Shown: positions 1 through 7,353 of the stretch, in pieces
Position numbering within the stretch: position 1 is the stretch's first letter
Layout of the letters: each line of letters starts with the position of its first letter
DNA from: Micavibrio sp.
Lineage (GTDB): Bacteria; Pseudomonadota; Alphaproteobacteria; UBA2400
Direction: 5' to 3'
DNA length: 64,000 bases
NCBI GenBank assembly: GCA_040376705.1
Contig: JBEIQE010000001.1
Span: 246,809 to 310,808 of the forward strand
Translations under genes and position numbers: made by a program
The notes under the pieces: model-generated
What the model was told of the DNA's origin: nothing
What the model saw: only the letters and a program-made list of their open reading frames with translations
Database searches by the model: none

Positions 1-534
1 TGAAAAGCCCATCGGCTCAACATGGCTCTGGATGGCGTGGCCGATATCGCCAAGGCGTGCCCCCGGCTTGACCAGTGCAATCGACTTCATCAGCGCATCG
101 TAAGTCGCATCAATCAGCTTCTTGGCGCGTACGCCAGCTTCACCCGCTACATACATACGCGAGGTATCGCCATGCCAGCCATCAACAATGGTGGTGACAT
201 CGATGTTCAGCGCATCGCCCTCTTCAAGAATTTTGCTGTCATCCGGAATGCCATGGCAAACCACATGGTTCACCGAGGTGCAGATGGACTTGGGGTATCC
301 CTTGTAGCCGAGCGGGGCCGGAATCGCGCCATGGTCGCGGATAAAATCGTGGCACAGCTGGTCGAGCTTGCCGGTGCTTACACCGGGCACCACATAAGGC
401 GTAATCATATCAAGTGTTTCGGCCGCCAGCTTGCCGGCTTTGCGCATGCCCTCAAAGTCGGCAGGACCGTGCAACGGAATATTGCCGGGGGCGTTTTCGA
501 AGTCGTCTTCGTCGTCTACTTGGGGCCTAGTCAT
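1..534 (-). CDS. map: Methionine aminopeptidase, type I (runs off the window edge; alternative start at 540)
   Basis: Manual translation of the minus strand: MTRPQVDDEDDFENAPGNIPLHGPADFEGMRKAGKLAAETLD...PAPLGYKGYPKSICTSVNHVVCHGIP...LNIDVT...GWHGDTSR, typical MetAP motifs. Not in the ORF track because the stop lies outside the window. Confidence 0.95.
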   Translation of the reverse strand, partial: MTRPQVDDEDDFENAPGNIPLHGPADFEGMRKAGKLAAETLDMITPYVVPGVSTGKLDQLCHDFIRDHGAIPAPLGYKGYPKSICTSVNHVVCHGIPDDSKILEEGDALNIDVTTIVDGWHGDTSRMYVAGEAGVRAKKLIDATYDALMKSIALVKPGARLGDIGHAIQSHVEPMGFS

Positions 535-594
535 AGGCATTAAGTAGCGTTTATACTGGTGAAAGTCTACTGTATTGAAGAAACGGCCCCTAAA

Positions 595-1347
595 ATGACA
601 GCGAATCCAACAGCCTGTATTGTCGTTATTGGCAACGAAATCCTCTCCGGCCGCACGCAGGACGCCAATATCAACTACATCGCCAAGAAACTGGGTGCGT
701 CAGGCATTCCGGTGCAGGAAGTGCGCATCATCCCAGATGTGCCGGATGTGATTGTAAAAACAATCAACGAAGTACGCGCCAAGTTCACCTATATCTTCAC
801 CACCGGTGGTATCGGTCCCACGCATGACGATATTACAGCCGAGTGTATCGCTCAGGCTTTTGGCGTACCGCTTGAGCATAACGCAGAGGCACTGGCGATT
901 TTGACCGAATATTATAAGGCTATAGGTAAAGAATTGAACGAAGCGCGTATGCGGATGTCGCATGCTCCCAAGGGGGCGAGCGTGCTGACCAATCCGGTGG
1001 GTAAGTTCCCCGGCTTCAAAATCGAGAACGTACATATCCTGCCCGGTGTACCGCAAGTGATGCAGAACATCTTCGATAATCTGTTGCCATCGCTTTCAGG
1101 CGGCCCGCCGATTGTGATGCATATTGTAACCTGCGATGTACGCGAAGGTGACTTGGCAGAAGACCTGCGCGAGATTGCGCTGCGCTACCCGACGATTGAT
1201 ATCGGTAGCTATCCCGGTGTGCGTAACGATCAGTTTGTCACACAGCTCATCTGTAAGGGTAGTGATGCCGAGATGGTAGCTACTGCAGGCAGAGAAGTTG
1301 CTGAGATGGCTGCACGTTTAGGTAATCTGCTGGACGTTGCGGCCTAG
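595..1347 (+). CDS. Competence/damage-inducible protein A-like (molybdopterin-binding/MocF domain)
   Basis: IGNEILSGRTQDAN, TTGGIGPTHDDITA and LPGVP motifs; ATG at 595 preferred. Confidence 0.9.
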   Translation: MTANPTACIVVIGNEILSGRTQDANINYIAKKLGASGIPVQEVRIIPDVPDVIVKTINEVRAKFTYIFTTGGIGPTHDDITAECIAQAFGVPLEHNAEALAILTEYYKAIGKELNEARMRMSHAPKGASVLTNPVGKFPGFKIENVHILPGVPQVMQNIFDNLLPSLSGGPPIVMHIVTCDVREGDLAEDLREIALRYPTIDIGSYPGVRNDQFVTQLICKGSDAEMVATAGREVAEMAARLGNLLDVAA

Positions 1348-1348
1348 G

Positions 1349-1834
1349 CTACATTCCCGTTTTGGGTGAGCTTAAAGTAGCAGTGTGCTGGCGGTATCGG
1401 TCGGCTGGGCCGCAGTTTTCGTCAAACAGCCTGGCGGTATCGGCAAGCCGTGTTGCTTCAATCTGCACACGGCCGATTTCTGCAGGCGTATTGGCGTTAT
1501 TCACATCTTTGCGCGCAGCATCCAGCTTTTCATCAATAATCGGCAGGGCGCGCGCGCACATGGCATCGCGGTTAATCTCGAAATGTTCAACCAGCTTGGC
1601 CTTATCAACATCAAGACCTTCAGGTATCTGCGGCGACTGCGCCGACTTGTTCATGCCGGCAGCCAGACCAACCAGTACTTCTTCCGGGCGCTGCTGCAGT
1701 GGGGCTGCGCCAAACGTCTGCATGGTCCGTCCGATGAGTGATTTGTTGAACGCATCCGTAGGCCCCGCGTTGGGGTTTTGCGCGATATATTCGGCCAGCG
1801 CTTCGGCGTCCTGTTTAATCCGATCTGTGCTCAT
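1349..1834 (-). CDS. Hypothetical protein (orphan-like, 161 aa)
   Basis: ATG-started ORF with protein-like composition, abutting the cinA-like stop; no recognisable motif. Confidence 0.65.
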   Translation of the reverse strand: MSTDRIKQDAEALAEYIAQNPNAGPTDAFNKSLIGRTMQTFGAAPLQQRPEEVLVGLAAGMNKSAQSPQIPEGLDVDKAKLVEHFEINRDAMCARALPIIDEKLDAARKDVNNANTPAEIGRVQIEATRLADTARLFDENCGPADRYRQHTATLSSPKTGM

Positions 1835-1879
1835 TCTTACAGGCTAACAGTATAGGCTTAAGGTATGCTGAAGCGGCAG

Positions 1880-1895
1880 GTTAATGAATATTTAC
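1880..1895 (-). promoter_or_regulatory. CtrA-box-like site upstream of the 1349..1834 ORF
   Basis: Minus strand reads GTAA-N7-TTAAC, one mismatch to TTAA-N7-TTAAC. Confidence 0.35.
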
Positions 1896-1909
1896 CATGC
1901 TGGTTTGCT

Positions 1910-1983
1910 TGGGCTATCGGCGGGACTTGAACCCGATTCACAGGGCCACAACCTGTTGTCTTGACCAGTTAGACGACCGATAG
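1910..1983 (-). tRNA. Non-canonical tRNA-His (anticodon GUG), 7-bp acceptor / 4-bp T-stem
   Basis: Minus strand folds as CTATCGG TC GTCT AACTGGTCA AGAC A ACAGG TTGTGGC CCTGT GAAT CGGG TTCAAGT CCCG CCGATAG C CCA. All four stems are fully Watson-Crick paired; D-loop GG, U33, TTC T-loop, C73 and an encoded CCA are present. Confidence 0.9.
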
Positions 1984-1994
1984 GATAAGCAGAA

Positions 1995-2366
1995 TTAAAG
2001 GGTCGCAGTGGCCATATGTGCTCTGGGTGTGCGGATAACAGGCTTCTGCACAGGGCGCAGTCTATCTGCATCGCCGCGCATAATTGCCACGCAGGTGGCA
2101 AGATAAAGCGCCTGAGCAGGATCGGCGGGCTGTAGCCATGTTTCGTAATTCTCGGCAGATGAGCGGATGCTGCTGCGGATGCCAGCGGGAAGCTGCAGGA
2201 GTGGCGTTCGGTCAATCGGGGCGCGGCTGAAATAACTACGCAGGTCGGTATTCACCCGAAAGGCAGCTTCGGCAATCTCGAGCCCGCTGGCAGGCCTGTT
2301 CAATAGAGCATTGATGCTGGCTAAATAGCTGAAATACTGAGTAGGAGCAGGTGTTTGTAGGGTCAT
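1995..2366 (-). CDS. Hypothetical protein (123 aa, MTLQTPAP...), between the HHHH leader and tRNA-His
   Basis: ATG at 2366 preceded by GCGAGTTTATC. The TTG extension to 2510 in the ORF track overlaps the leader/attenuator. The stop is 11 nt upstream of the tRNA. Only one His residue. Confidence 0.7.
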   Translation of the reverse strand: MTLQTPAPTQYFSYLASINALLNRPASGLEIAEAAFRVNTDLRSYFSRAPIDRTPLLQLPAGIRSSIRSSAENYETWLQPADPAQALYLATCVAIMRGDADRLRPVQKPVIRTPRAHMATATL

Positions 2367-2503
2367 GATAAACTCGCGAGCTGAGAATGGAAATTCAGGT
2401 CGGAGTATCGGGGGGAGAAGTTCAGATCCGCCGACACGCCAAGGCGCGCCGGCTAAAAGCCAACGCGCTAAGCGTGATGATGGTGGCGTGTGAATAACTT
2501 CAT
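2367..2503 (-). promoter_or_regulatory. His-responsive attenuator-like leader RNA
   Basis: Mutually exclusive hairpins 2468-2444 (GCGCGTTGGCT-TTT-AGCCGGCGCGC) and 2453-2430 (GCCGGCGCGCC-TT-GGCGTGTCGGC). Leader segment ACACGCCA (2491-2484) is complementary to TGGCGTGT (2441-2434). A C/U-rich tract follows at about 2420-2376. Confidence 0.75.
2468..2503 (-). CDS. His-run leader peptide MKLFTRHHHHA
   Basis: ATG AAG TTA TTC ACA CGC CAC CAT CAT CAC GCT TAG; the ATG falls at the predicted +1 of the upstream promoter (leaderless). Confidence 0.8.
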   Translation of the reverse strand: MKLFTRHHHHA

Positions 2504-2509
2504 GTTTCA

Positions 2510-2539
2510 AGCCTAAGCTAAATACAATCTGCAGGTCAA
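2510..2539 (-). promoter_or_regulatory. sigma70-like promoter for the HHHH leader unit
   Basis: TTGACC (2539-2534)-N18-TAGGCT (2515-2510); predicted +1 at about 2503. Confidence 0.6.
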
Positions 2540-2559
2540 AAGGTTTTTAGTTAATGTGG

Positions 2560-3465
2560 TTACAGGCTTTGCATCATTTCGCGCGCTGCACTCTTCATCG
2601 GTTCTTCAAACGCACTGTGATTGCCGGCAATCATGCGAATTTCAAGCGATGGCAGGGCCTCCTTCAGGCGGTAGGCTTCCTCTGGCGGGCAGTCCATATC
2701 AAAGCGGCCATGCACCAATGTACAGGGGATGCTGGCGATCTGTTCCAGCCCAGTAAACAGGTCGTTGGGTTGGCGCAGGAAGAATTGTTTGGTTGAGTAG
2801 TAGAACAGCAGTTTCCACTTGTTCACATCCTTATGGGTAATATCCGCCTTGTTCACGGGTTTTGGCACCATGCGGCAGGATGTGCTGCTGAGTACTGACA
2901 GCCTATAGGCGGCTTCAAGCCGCAGGGCCTCATCAGCACCATTAAGTGTCTCAAACATGAACTGCGTGAGGCTGCGGCTATCGCCAGCAGGCTTGAGGTG
3001 CTCGAGTGCGGCCTGCTGCTCGGGGAAGAACAGGCGAATGCCCTCAAAGCTCCATTCCTGATCTGCTACCGAGGCGCCAAAGAAACTGATAATCGACATG
3101 CGTGTGCAGTGCTGAAGATAGTTTTTAACGTAATAAACCGCCAGCGTTGCGCCCCATGAGTGGCCGGTTACTGCCCATTTATCGATACCCAGCATCATGC
3201 GTAGGCGCTCGATATCGCCCAGCGCTTTTTGTGTGGTGTTATCGCGCAATTCGCCGAAGGGCAGGGAGTTACCGGTGCCGCGCTGGTCAAAAGTAATCAG
3301 GCGTATCCGCTCGAGCGGAAAAATCTCAAGGTAGTTGGTATTGAAGCCTGAACCTGGCCCCCCATGCAGAAACAGAACAGGCGTACCATCCGGGTTGCCA
3401 TAGGCATACCACGCTACTTTGTGGCCATCCTGTTCGGGCAGTTGGCCTTGTGCATAAGGTTGCAT
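2560..3465 (-). CDS. Proline iminopeptidase-like alpha/beta hydrolase (peptidase S33)
   Basis: GNPDGTPVLFLHGGPGSG, FDQRGTGNS, GHSWG nucleophile elbow, HGRFDMDC and GNHS; ATG at 3465 lies 2 nt after the upstream stop. Confidence 0.88.
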   Translation of the reverse strand: MQPYAQGQLPEQDGHKVAWYAYGNPDGTPVLFLHGGPGSGFNTNYLEIFPLERIRLITFDQRGTGNSLPFGELRDNTTQKALGDIERLRMMLGIDKWAVTGHSWGATLAVYYVKNYLQHCTRMSIISFFGASVADQEWSFEGIRLFFPEQQAALEHLKPAGDSRSLTQFMFETLNGADEALRLEAAYRLSVLSSTSCRMVPKPVNKADITHKDVNKWKLLFYYSTKQFFLRQPNDLFTGLEQIASIPCTLVHGRFDMDCPPEEAYRLKEALPSLEIRMIAGNHSAFEEPMKSAAREMMQSL

Positions 3466-3467
3466 GT

Positions 3468-4682
3468 TTAGACACACTCCAGAGTGTTCTTGCGCTTGTG
3501 CATTTGTACACCCGGGGTGAGGTCGATGTCACCCCTCAGTACTAAGCCCATTTTGGCCATGGCATAGGGGTAGCCGGCATCAGTGAAGCTGTTGTCGTAG
3601 CCGGTACCGGGGCGTTCGCTGTCTTTAGCCAGCCTGTGCCAGTTGGCATCGTAGACATGGATTTCGGCTTTGGGCAGAGCTTCTTTCACCATATTCAGTG
3701 TTTCGGGCTCACAGAGCGGGTCGTTGCTGTGCGCCATTACGATAACGGGAATATCAGTTTTGCCGATAGCCTGTAGCTGCGCCCGTACACCCATTTTACC
3801 GAGGTAGTAATTATCAGCCCCATACTGCGCCATGATGCGTGCTCTCGCGATGAGCTGGCGATCCATCGGGTCATCCAGATTCACGCTGTCAGCCGTGCGT
3901 GTATAGACCTCGCCATTACGGGCCTGCTCCCATCGCGATGCCGCGATGAAGGCAGCAACAACACGCTTCTGGTCATTACTACCTAACTCATCTGCCAGTT
4001 GCTGCAGTCCTTCCTGCGCGTTCATCTTGCCGGTGGCGGAAACATAGCGGTCATACTCAGCTGGGTAGCGCTGCGCGAGCAGGCCTTCTGCTCCATAATT
4101 GTGGCCAATATCTGCACGGCGGGCCAGGAACGGCAGGCCAAGGACAAGCCCTGCCACCTTATTGGGATAGGCAGCCGCATAAGCGGTGGCCATGGTCATG
4201 CCCCATGAGCTCCCCCTGATAACCACACGCTCATCGTGGCCCATGCCTGCTGCTATACGCAGAGCTTCCATATCCTCAACCAGCTTTTCGGTGCGGTTAT
4301 TATCGAGGCAACCTGTGGGAGTTGAACTACCGGCACCACGCCAGTTGGCGGTTGCTACCCTGAATAGCTCCGGGCTGCTGTTGGTTTGCCACTGGTTGGT
4401 CATGGCTGTGCCGGGGCCACCTACAAGATCAATCGCCAGACGTGTCGGCTGACGGTTTTTGCGGCCTTCAAAGGTGCCGCGTACTTTATAGGGTATCTCG
4501 AAATTATCGTGCTTGAGCACGCCATCGGCCAGCTTCAGGTTGGTCCAGTTGTTGTAGTAGGCGTAGCGCTCGCGATCATACTCTACAAACGGGCTGATAT
4601 CCGGCCTGCGGCTGGCTAGTGCCTCAAAAGCATTGATGAGGACAGATTGAGTCCCACTGGTGGTGGCGGCTTGGTTAGACAT
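3468..4682 (-). CDS. Divergent proline iminopeptidase-like alpha/beta hydrolase with N-terminal extension
   Basis: VGGPG, WRGAGSSTP...NRTEKLVEDMEALR, GSSWG, GLVL, NDPLC and WHR match the S33 fold motifs. Confidence 0.8.
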   Translation of the reverse strand: MSNQAATTSGTQSVLINAFEALASRRPDISPFVEYDRERYAYYNNWTNLKLADGVLKHDNFEIPYKVRGTFEGRKNRQPTRLAIDLVGGPGTAMTNQWQTNSSPELFRVATANWRGAGSSTPTGCLDNNRTEKLVEDMEALRIAAGMGHDERVVIRGSSWGMTMATAYAAAYPNKVAGLVLGLPFLARRADIGHNYGAEGLLAQRYPAEYDRYVSATGKMNAQEGLQQLADELGSNDQKRVVAAFIAASRWEQARNGEVYTRTADSVNLDDPMDRQLIARARIMAQYGADNYYLGKMGVRAQLQAIGKTDIPVIVMAHSNDPLCEPETLNMVKEALPKAEIHVYDANWHRLAKDSERPGTGYDNSFTDAGYPYAMAKMGLVLRGDIDLTPGVQMHKRKNTLECV

Positions 4683-4750
4683 AATATACTCGCAGATAAG
4701 AGTTAGCTTGGCTTTTGGGAGGTTTTGGAGCGGTTATGCAGTTTTAAAGA

Positions 4751-4834
4751 TTAAAACTGTGCATGCTTCCGGTGCGCGTGGGCATGATGGCCGACGCGCG
4801 AAGTAAAGTGGAAGAAGATGCCGCTTAAAATCAT
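4751..4834 (-). CDS. His/Phe-rich leader peptide MILSGIFFHFTSRVGHHAHAHRKHAQF
   Basis: 27-codon ORF with 6 His and 4 Phe. Hairpin GCGCGTCGGC-CATCAT-GCCCACGCGC spans the His codons, hairpin CAGTTTTAA-TCT-TTAAAACTG overlaps the stop, and a C-rich/G-poor tract precedes the hydrolase start. Confidence 0.65.
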   Translation of the reverse strand: MILSGIFFHFTSRVGHHAHAHRKHAQF

Positions 4835-4843
4835 TATGCATTG

Positions 4844-4873
4844 TGCATAGCAGCACAGTTGGCGCGCCGTCAA
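4844..4873 (-). promoter_or_regulatory. sigma70-like promoter for the His leader/hydrolase unit
   Basis: TTGACG (4873-4868)-N18-TATGCA (4849-4844); predicted +1 a few nt before ATG 4834. Confidence 0.5.
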
Positions 4874-4905
4874 AACGTTTTTGATAAAATGTCTGCTATT
4901 AAGAT

Positions 4906-5361
4906 TTACGGCCTGTAGAGCTGATAGCCCGTGCTGGTACTCTTGGTTGTAAAGCCTAGCTGTTTATAAAGCTTGTTGGCTTCTTTGTTATTTGGCGTTG
5001 CTGCTGTATCAACCCGTGCGCAGCCCTTTACAAAAGCATCTTTCATGATGTGCTGAATGAGTTTGGTGGCAATACCCTGCGCCCGGAACTTGTCACTCAC
5101 GAATAGATGGTAGATGTGCCTGACTTTAAAAGGTCCGCCAAAGCTCACCCATTCACCAGTCAGGGCAAAGCCAACGGCTTTACCATCAAGCAGCGCAAGC
5201 CATGCATCTGCCATACGCTTGCTGCCAAGGCAGTATTCTGCAAGATGGGCCTCGGTCACGCGGTTTTTATCGCCGCTCCACTTTGCGTACTGCTTTAATA
5301 AAAGCACGAGCTGATGCAAGTCAGCCTTACGAATACGGCGAATACGCAAGGTGCTGCTCAT
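4906..5361 (-). CDS. GNAT family N-acetyltransferase
   Basis: LFVSDKFRAQGIATKLI acetyl-CoA motif A; N..ANKLYKQLGF motif B. Confidence 0.9.
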   Translation of the reverse strand: MSSTLRIRRIRKADLHQLVLLLKQYAKWSGDKNRVTEAHLAEYCLGSKRMADAWLALLDGKAVGFALTGEWVSFGGPFKVRHIYHLFVSDKFRAQGIATKLIQHIMKDAFVKGCARVDTAATPNNKEANKLYKQLGFTTKSTSTGYQLYRP

Positions 5362-5810
5362 ACCTTCTGCTCCCAGCCTTTTTCGGTTTGCTGCCAGTAG
5401 GTGAGCAGCGTGCCGCCTTTATCTTTAAAAACCTTCCACTGGGCGCGGGCCTGATCGAGTGCATCGTTATCGTTGCCATCGAACACATTACATACCAGCT
5501 CATACTTTGAGGTATCGGTACATTCGGCACCTTCAACCAGCATAAGCACCTGTGCGCCATTCGGGTTTTCATCTTTGGCTGTCAGCCATATCGGCTGCAT
5601 CTCGGGATCACCATCCTTGGCACTGCCATGCGGGATGAATGAGTTTTCATCGCTCTTCCATAGCGATTCATTCAGCGCTTCAACCCGCGCATCTGAGCCA
5701 ACCTTCACTACCGCACGCCAGCCCTTGGCCAGCGTGCGCGTGAGTAGCAGCGGCAACGCGCCTTCAAGACGCGTGCGCTGCAGGTGGTAGAAGCGGATCT
5801 CGGTTGGCAT
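5358..5810 (-). CDS. holC: DNA polymerase III subunit chi
   Basis: EIRFYHLQR, LW...SFIPHG, QPIWLT, ARAQWK and YWQQ; downstream of pepA. Confidence 0.95.
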   Translation of the reverse strand: MPTEIRFYHLQRTRLEGALPLLLTRTLAKGWRAVVKVGSDARVEALNESLWKSDENSFIPHGSAKDGDPEMQPIWLTAKDENPNGAQVLMLVEGAECTDTSKYELVCNVFDGNDNDALDQARAQWKVFKDKGGTLLTYWQQTEKGWEQKV

Positions 5811-7282
5811 TACTCGAAGTGATCAGCCACAAGGCGGTCGAGCAGGCGCACGCCGTAAGCCGAAGCGCCCTTCGGGCACATGGCTGTGTCCTTATACGCC
5901 CATGCCATACCGGCGATATCGAGATGAGCCCACGGCGTATTGTTCTCAACAAAGCGCTCGAGGAAAACAGCGCCAATAACAGTGCCGGCTTCGCGCGCAT
6001 TACCAATATTCTTCATATCGGCAATCGGGCTGTCGATATCGCGGTGATAGCTCTCGCCCAGCGGCAGGCGCCATAGCTTTTCACCAGTCTTGTCGCCAGC
6101 ATCAATCAGCTGCTTGGTGAGCTTGTCGTTGTTCGAGAGAACAGCCGCCTGCTCTGTACCCAGAGCCACGATAACCGCACCGGTAAGGGTGGCGAGATCA
6201 ACCATGGCCCTGGGCTTATAGGTGCGCTGCGCATAGGTAAGCACATCGCAGAGTACCAAACGGCCTTCAGCATCGGTGTTGAGGATTTCAATTGTCTGGC
6301 CGCTCATCGAGGTTACAACATCGCCGGGGCGGGTGGCTGCGCCATCTGGCATATTCTCAACCAGACCAACAATACCAACTACGTTTGCCTTGGCCTTGCG
6401 CTTGGCCAGCGCGATCATTGCGCCTACTACAGCGCCTGAGCCTGCCATGTCCCACTTCATTTCATCCATATTGGCGGCAGGCTTGATCGAGATACCGCCG
6501 GTATCGAACGTAACGCCCTTGCCGAGGAAGGCGAGCGGGGCATCGCCTTTCTTGCCACCATTCCATTCCATCGCCACAACGCGCGGCTCAATCGCGCTAC
6601 CCAGCGCTACGCTGATGAGTGAGCCCATGCCGAGCTTCTTGAGCGCAGCAAGGTCGAGCACAGTGACCTTAAGGCCCAGCTTGGTGAGTTCCTTCAGCTG
6701 GTTGGCATAGCTCACGGGGTGCAGCACGTTTGGCGGCTCGCTCACGAGGTTGCGGGTGAACTCTACGCCCTCGCTAACAGCCTCAAGCGGGCCATAAGCC
6801 TTCTTGACAGCGGCGAGGTCTTTAGCGTGAACGGTTACCTTGCTCAGCTTTGGCTTATCCTCGGCCTTCAGTTTGGTGCGGTACTTGTCGAAACGGTATG
6901 AACGCAGCACAGCACCATGTGCCACCAGCGCGGCAGCGTTCTTGTTCTTCGAGTCAACCGCAACAGCTACGCTGGCAGATTCGCCGTGGGCGAAGGCTAC
7001 ATACAGTAAGCCGCCCGCAGCGGTGAGGGTAAGGTCGTCCGCCTTCTCAGCCTTGCCCGAGCTGATAATGGTTACACGGTCGTAACCACCAATAGCGTAA
7101 AGCGAGAAACTCGCGCCAGCCTTATCCTTAAAGCCTTGTGCTGCCATACCGCGCGAAAGCGCGCCGCCAAGGGTTTTATCGAGCGCCACACCGGTCGGCC
7201 CCAGCTTATCGCCTGCAATAACCAGCGCCACGGTGCCCTTGCTGGGCAGGGGGGCAGAAGAAAAGTCGATTTTAACGGTCAT
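5810..7282 (-). CDS. pepA: Leucyl aminopeptidase (M17)
   Basis: GKGVTFDTGGISIK, MKWDMAG, NTDAEGRL, DLATLTGA and WAHLDIAG. Confidence 0.97.
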   Translation of the reverse strand: MTVKIDFSSAPLPSKGTVALVIAGDKLGPTGVALDKTLGGALSRGMAAQGFKDKAGASFSLYAIGGYDRVTIISSGKAEKADDLTLTAAGGLLYVAFAHGESASVAVAVDSKNKNAAALVAHGAVLRSYRFDKYRTKLKAEDKPKLSKVTVHAKDLAAVKKAYGPLEAVSEGVEFTRNLVSEPPNVLHPVSYANQLKELTKLGLKVTVLDLAALKKLGMGSLISVALGSAIEPRVVAMEWNGGKKGDAPLAFLGKGVTFDTGGISIKPAANMDEMKWDMAGSGAVVGAMIALAKRKAKANVVGIVGLVENMPDGAATRPGDVVTSMSGQTIEILNTDAEGRLVLCDVLTYAQRTYKPRAMVDLATLTGAVIVALGTEQAAVLSNNDKLTKQLIDAGDKTGEKLWRLPLGESYHRDIDSPIADMKNIGNAREAGTVIGAVFLERFVENNTPWAHLDIAGMAWAYKDTAMCPKGASAYGVRLLDRLVADHFE

Positions 7283-7353
7283 AACAAGCGCTCCGGCTGT
7301 GGGTGGACTTAATAGAGCCAACAAAGTAAAAGCTTCCCGAGAGTTGTCAATTG

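Noticed and set aside
22-543. 173-aa plus-strand ORF
   Set aside because: Antisense shadow of map, which carries the real motifs on the minus strand.
1910-1984. Canonical 7/5 or encoded 8/4 folding of the tRNA
   Set aside because: Both registers create C:C or U:C mismatches and displace the CCA; only 7/4 with C73-CCA pairs perfectly.
1892-2215. 107-aa minus-strand ORF spanning the tRNA
   Set aside because: Overlaps both the orphan CDS in another frame and the well-formed tRNA; no RBS or motif.
2367-2510. N-terminal extension of the 1995..2510 ORF from a TTG start
   Set aside because: The TTG overlaps the predicted -10/+1 region and the extension runs through the leader and attenuator; ATG 2366 has a better context.
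4734-4841. Alternative 35-aa leader frame MHNDFKRHLLPLYFARR...
   Set aside because: Its ATG lies upstream of the predicted +1 and it has no codon run; the His-rich frame fits better, though this one is not strictly excluded.
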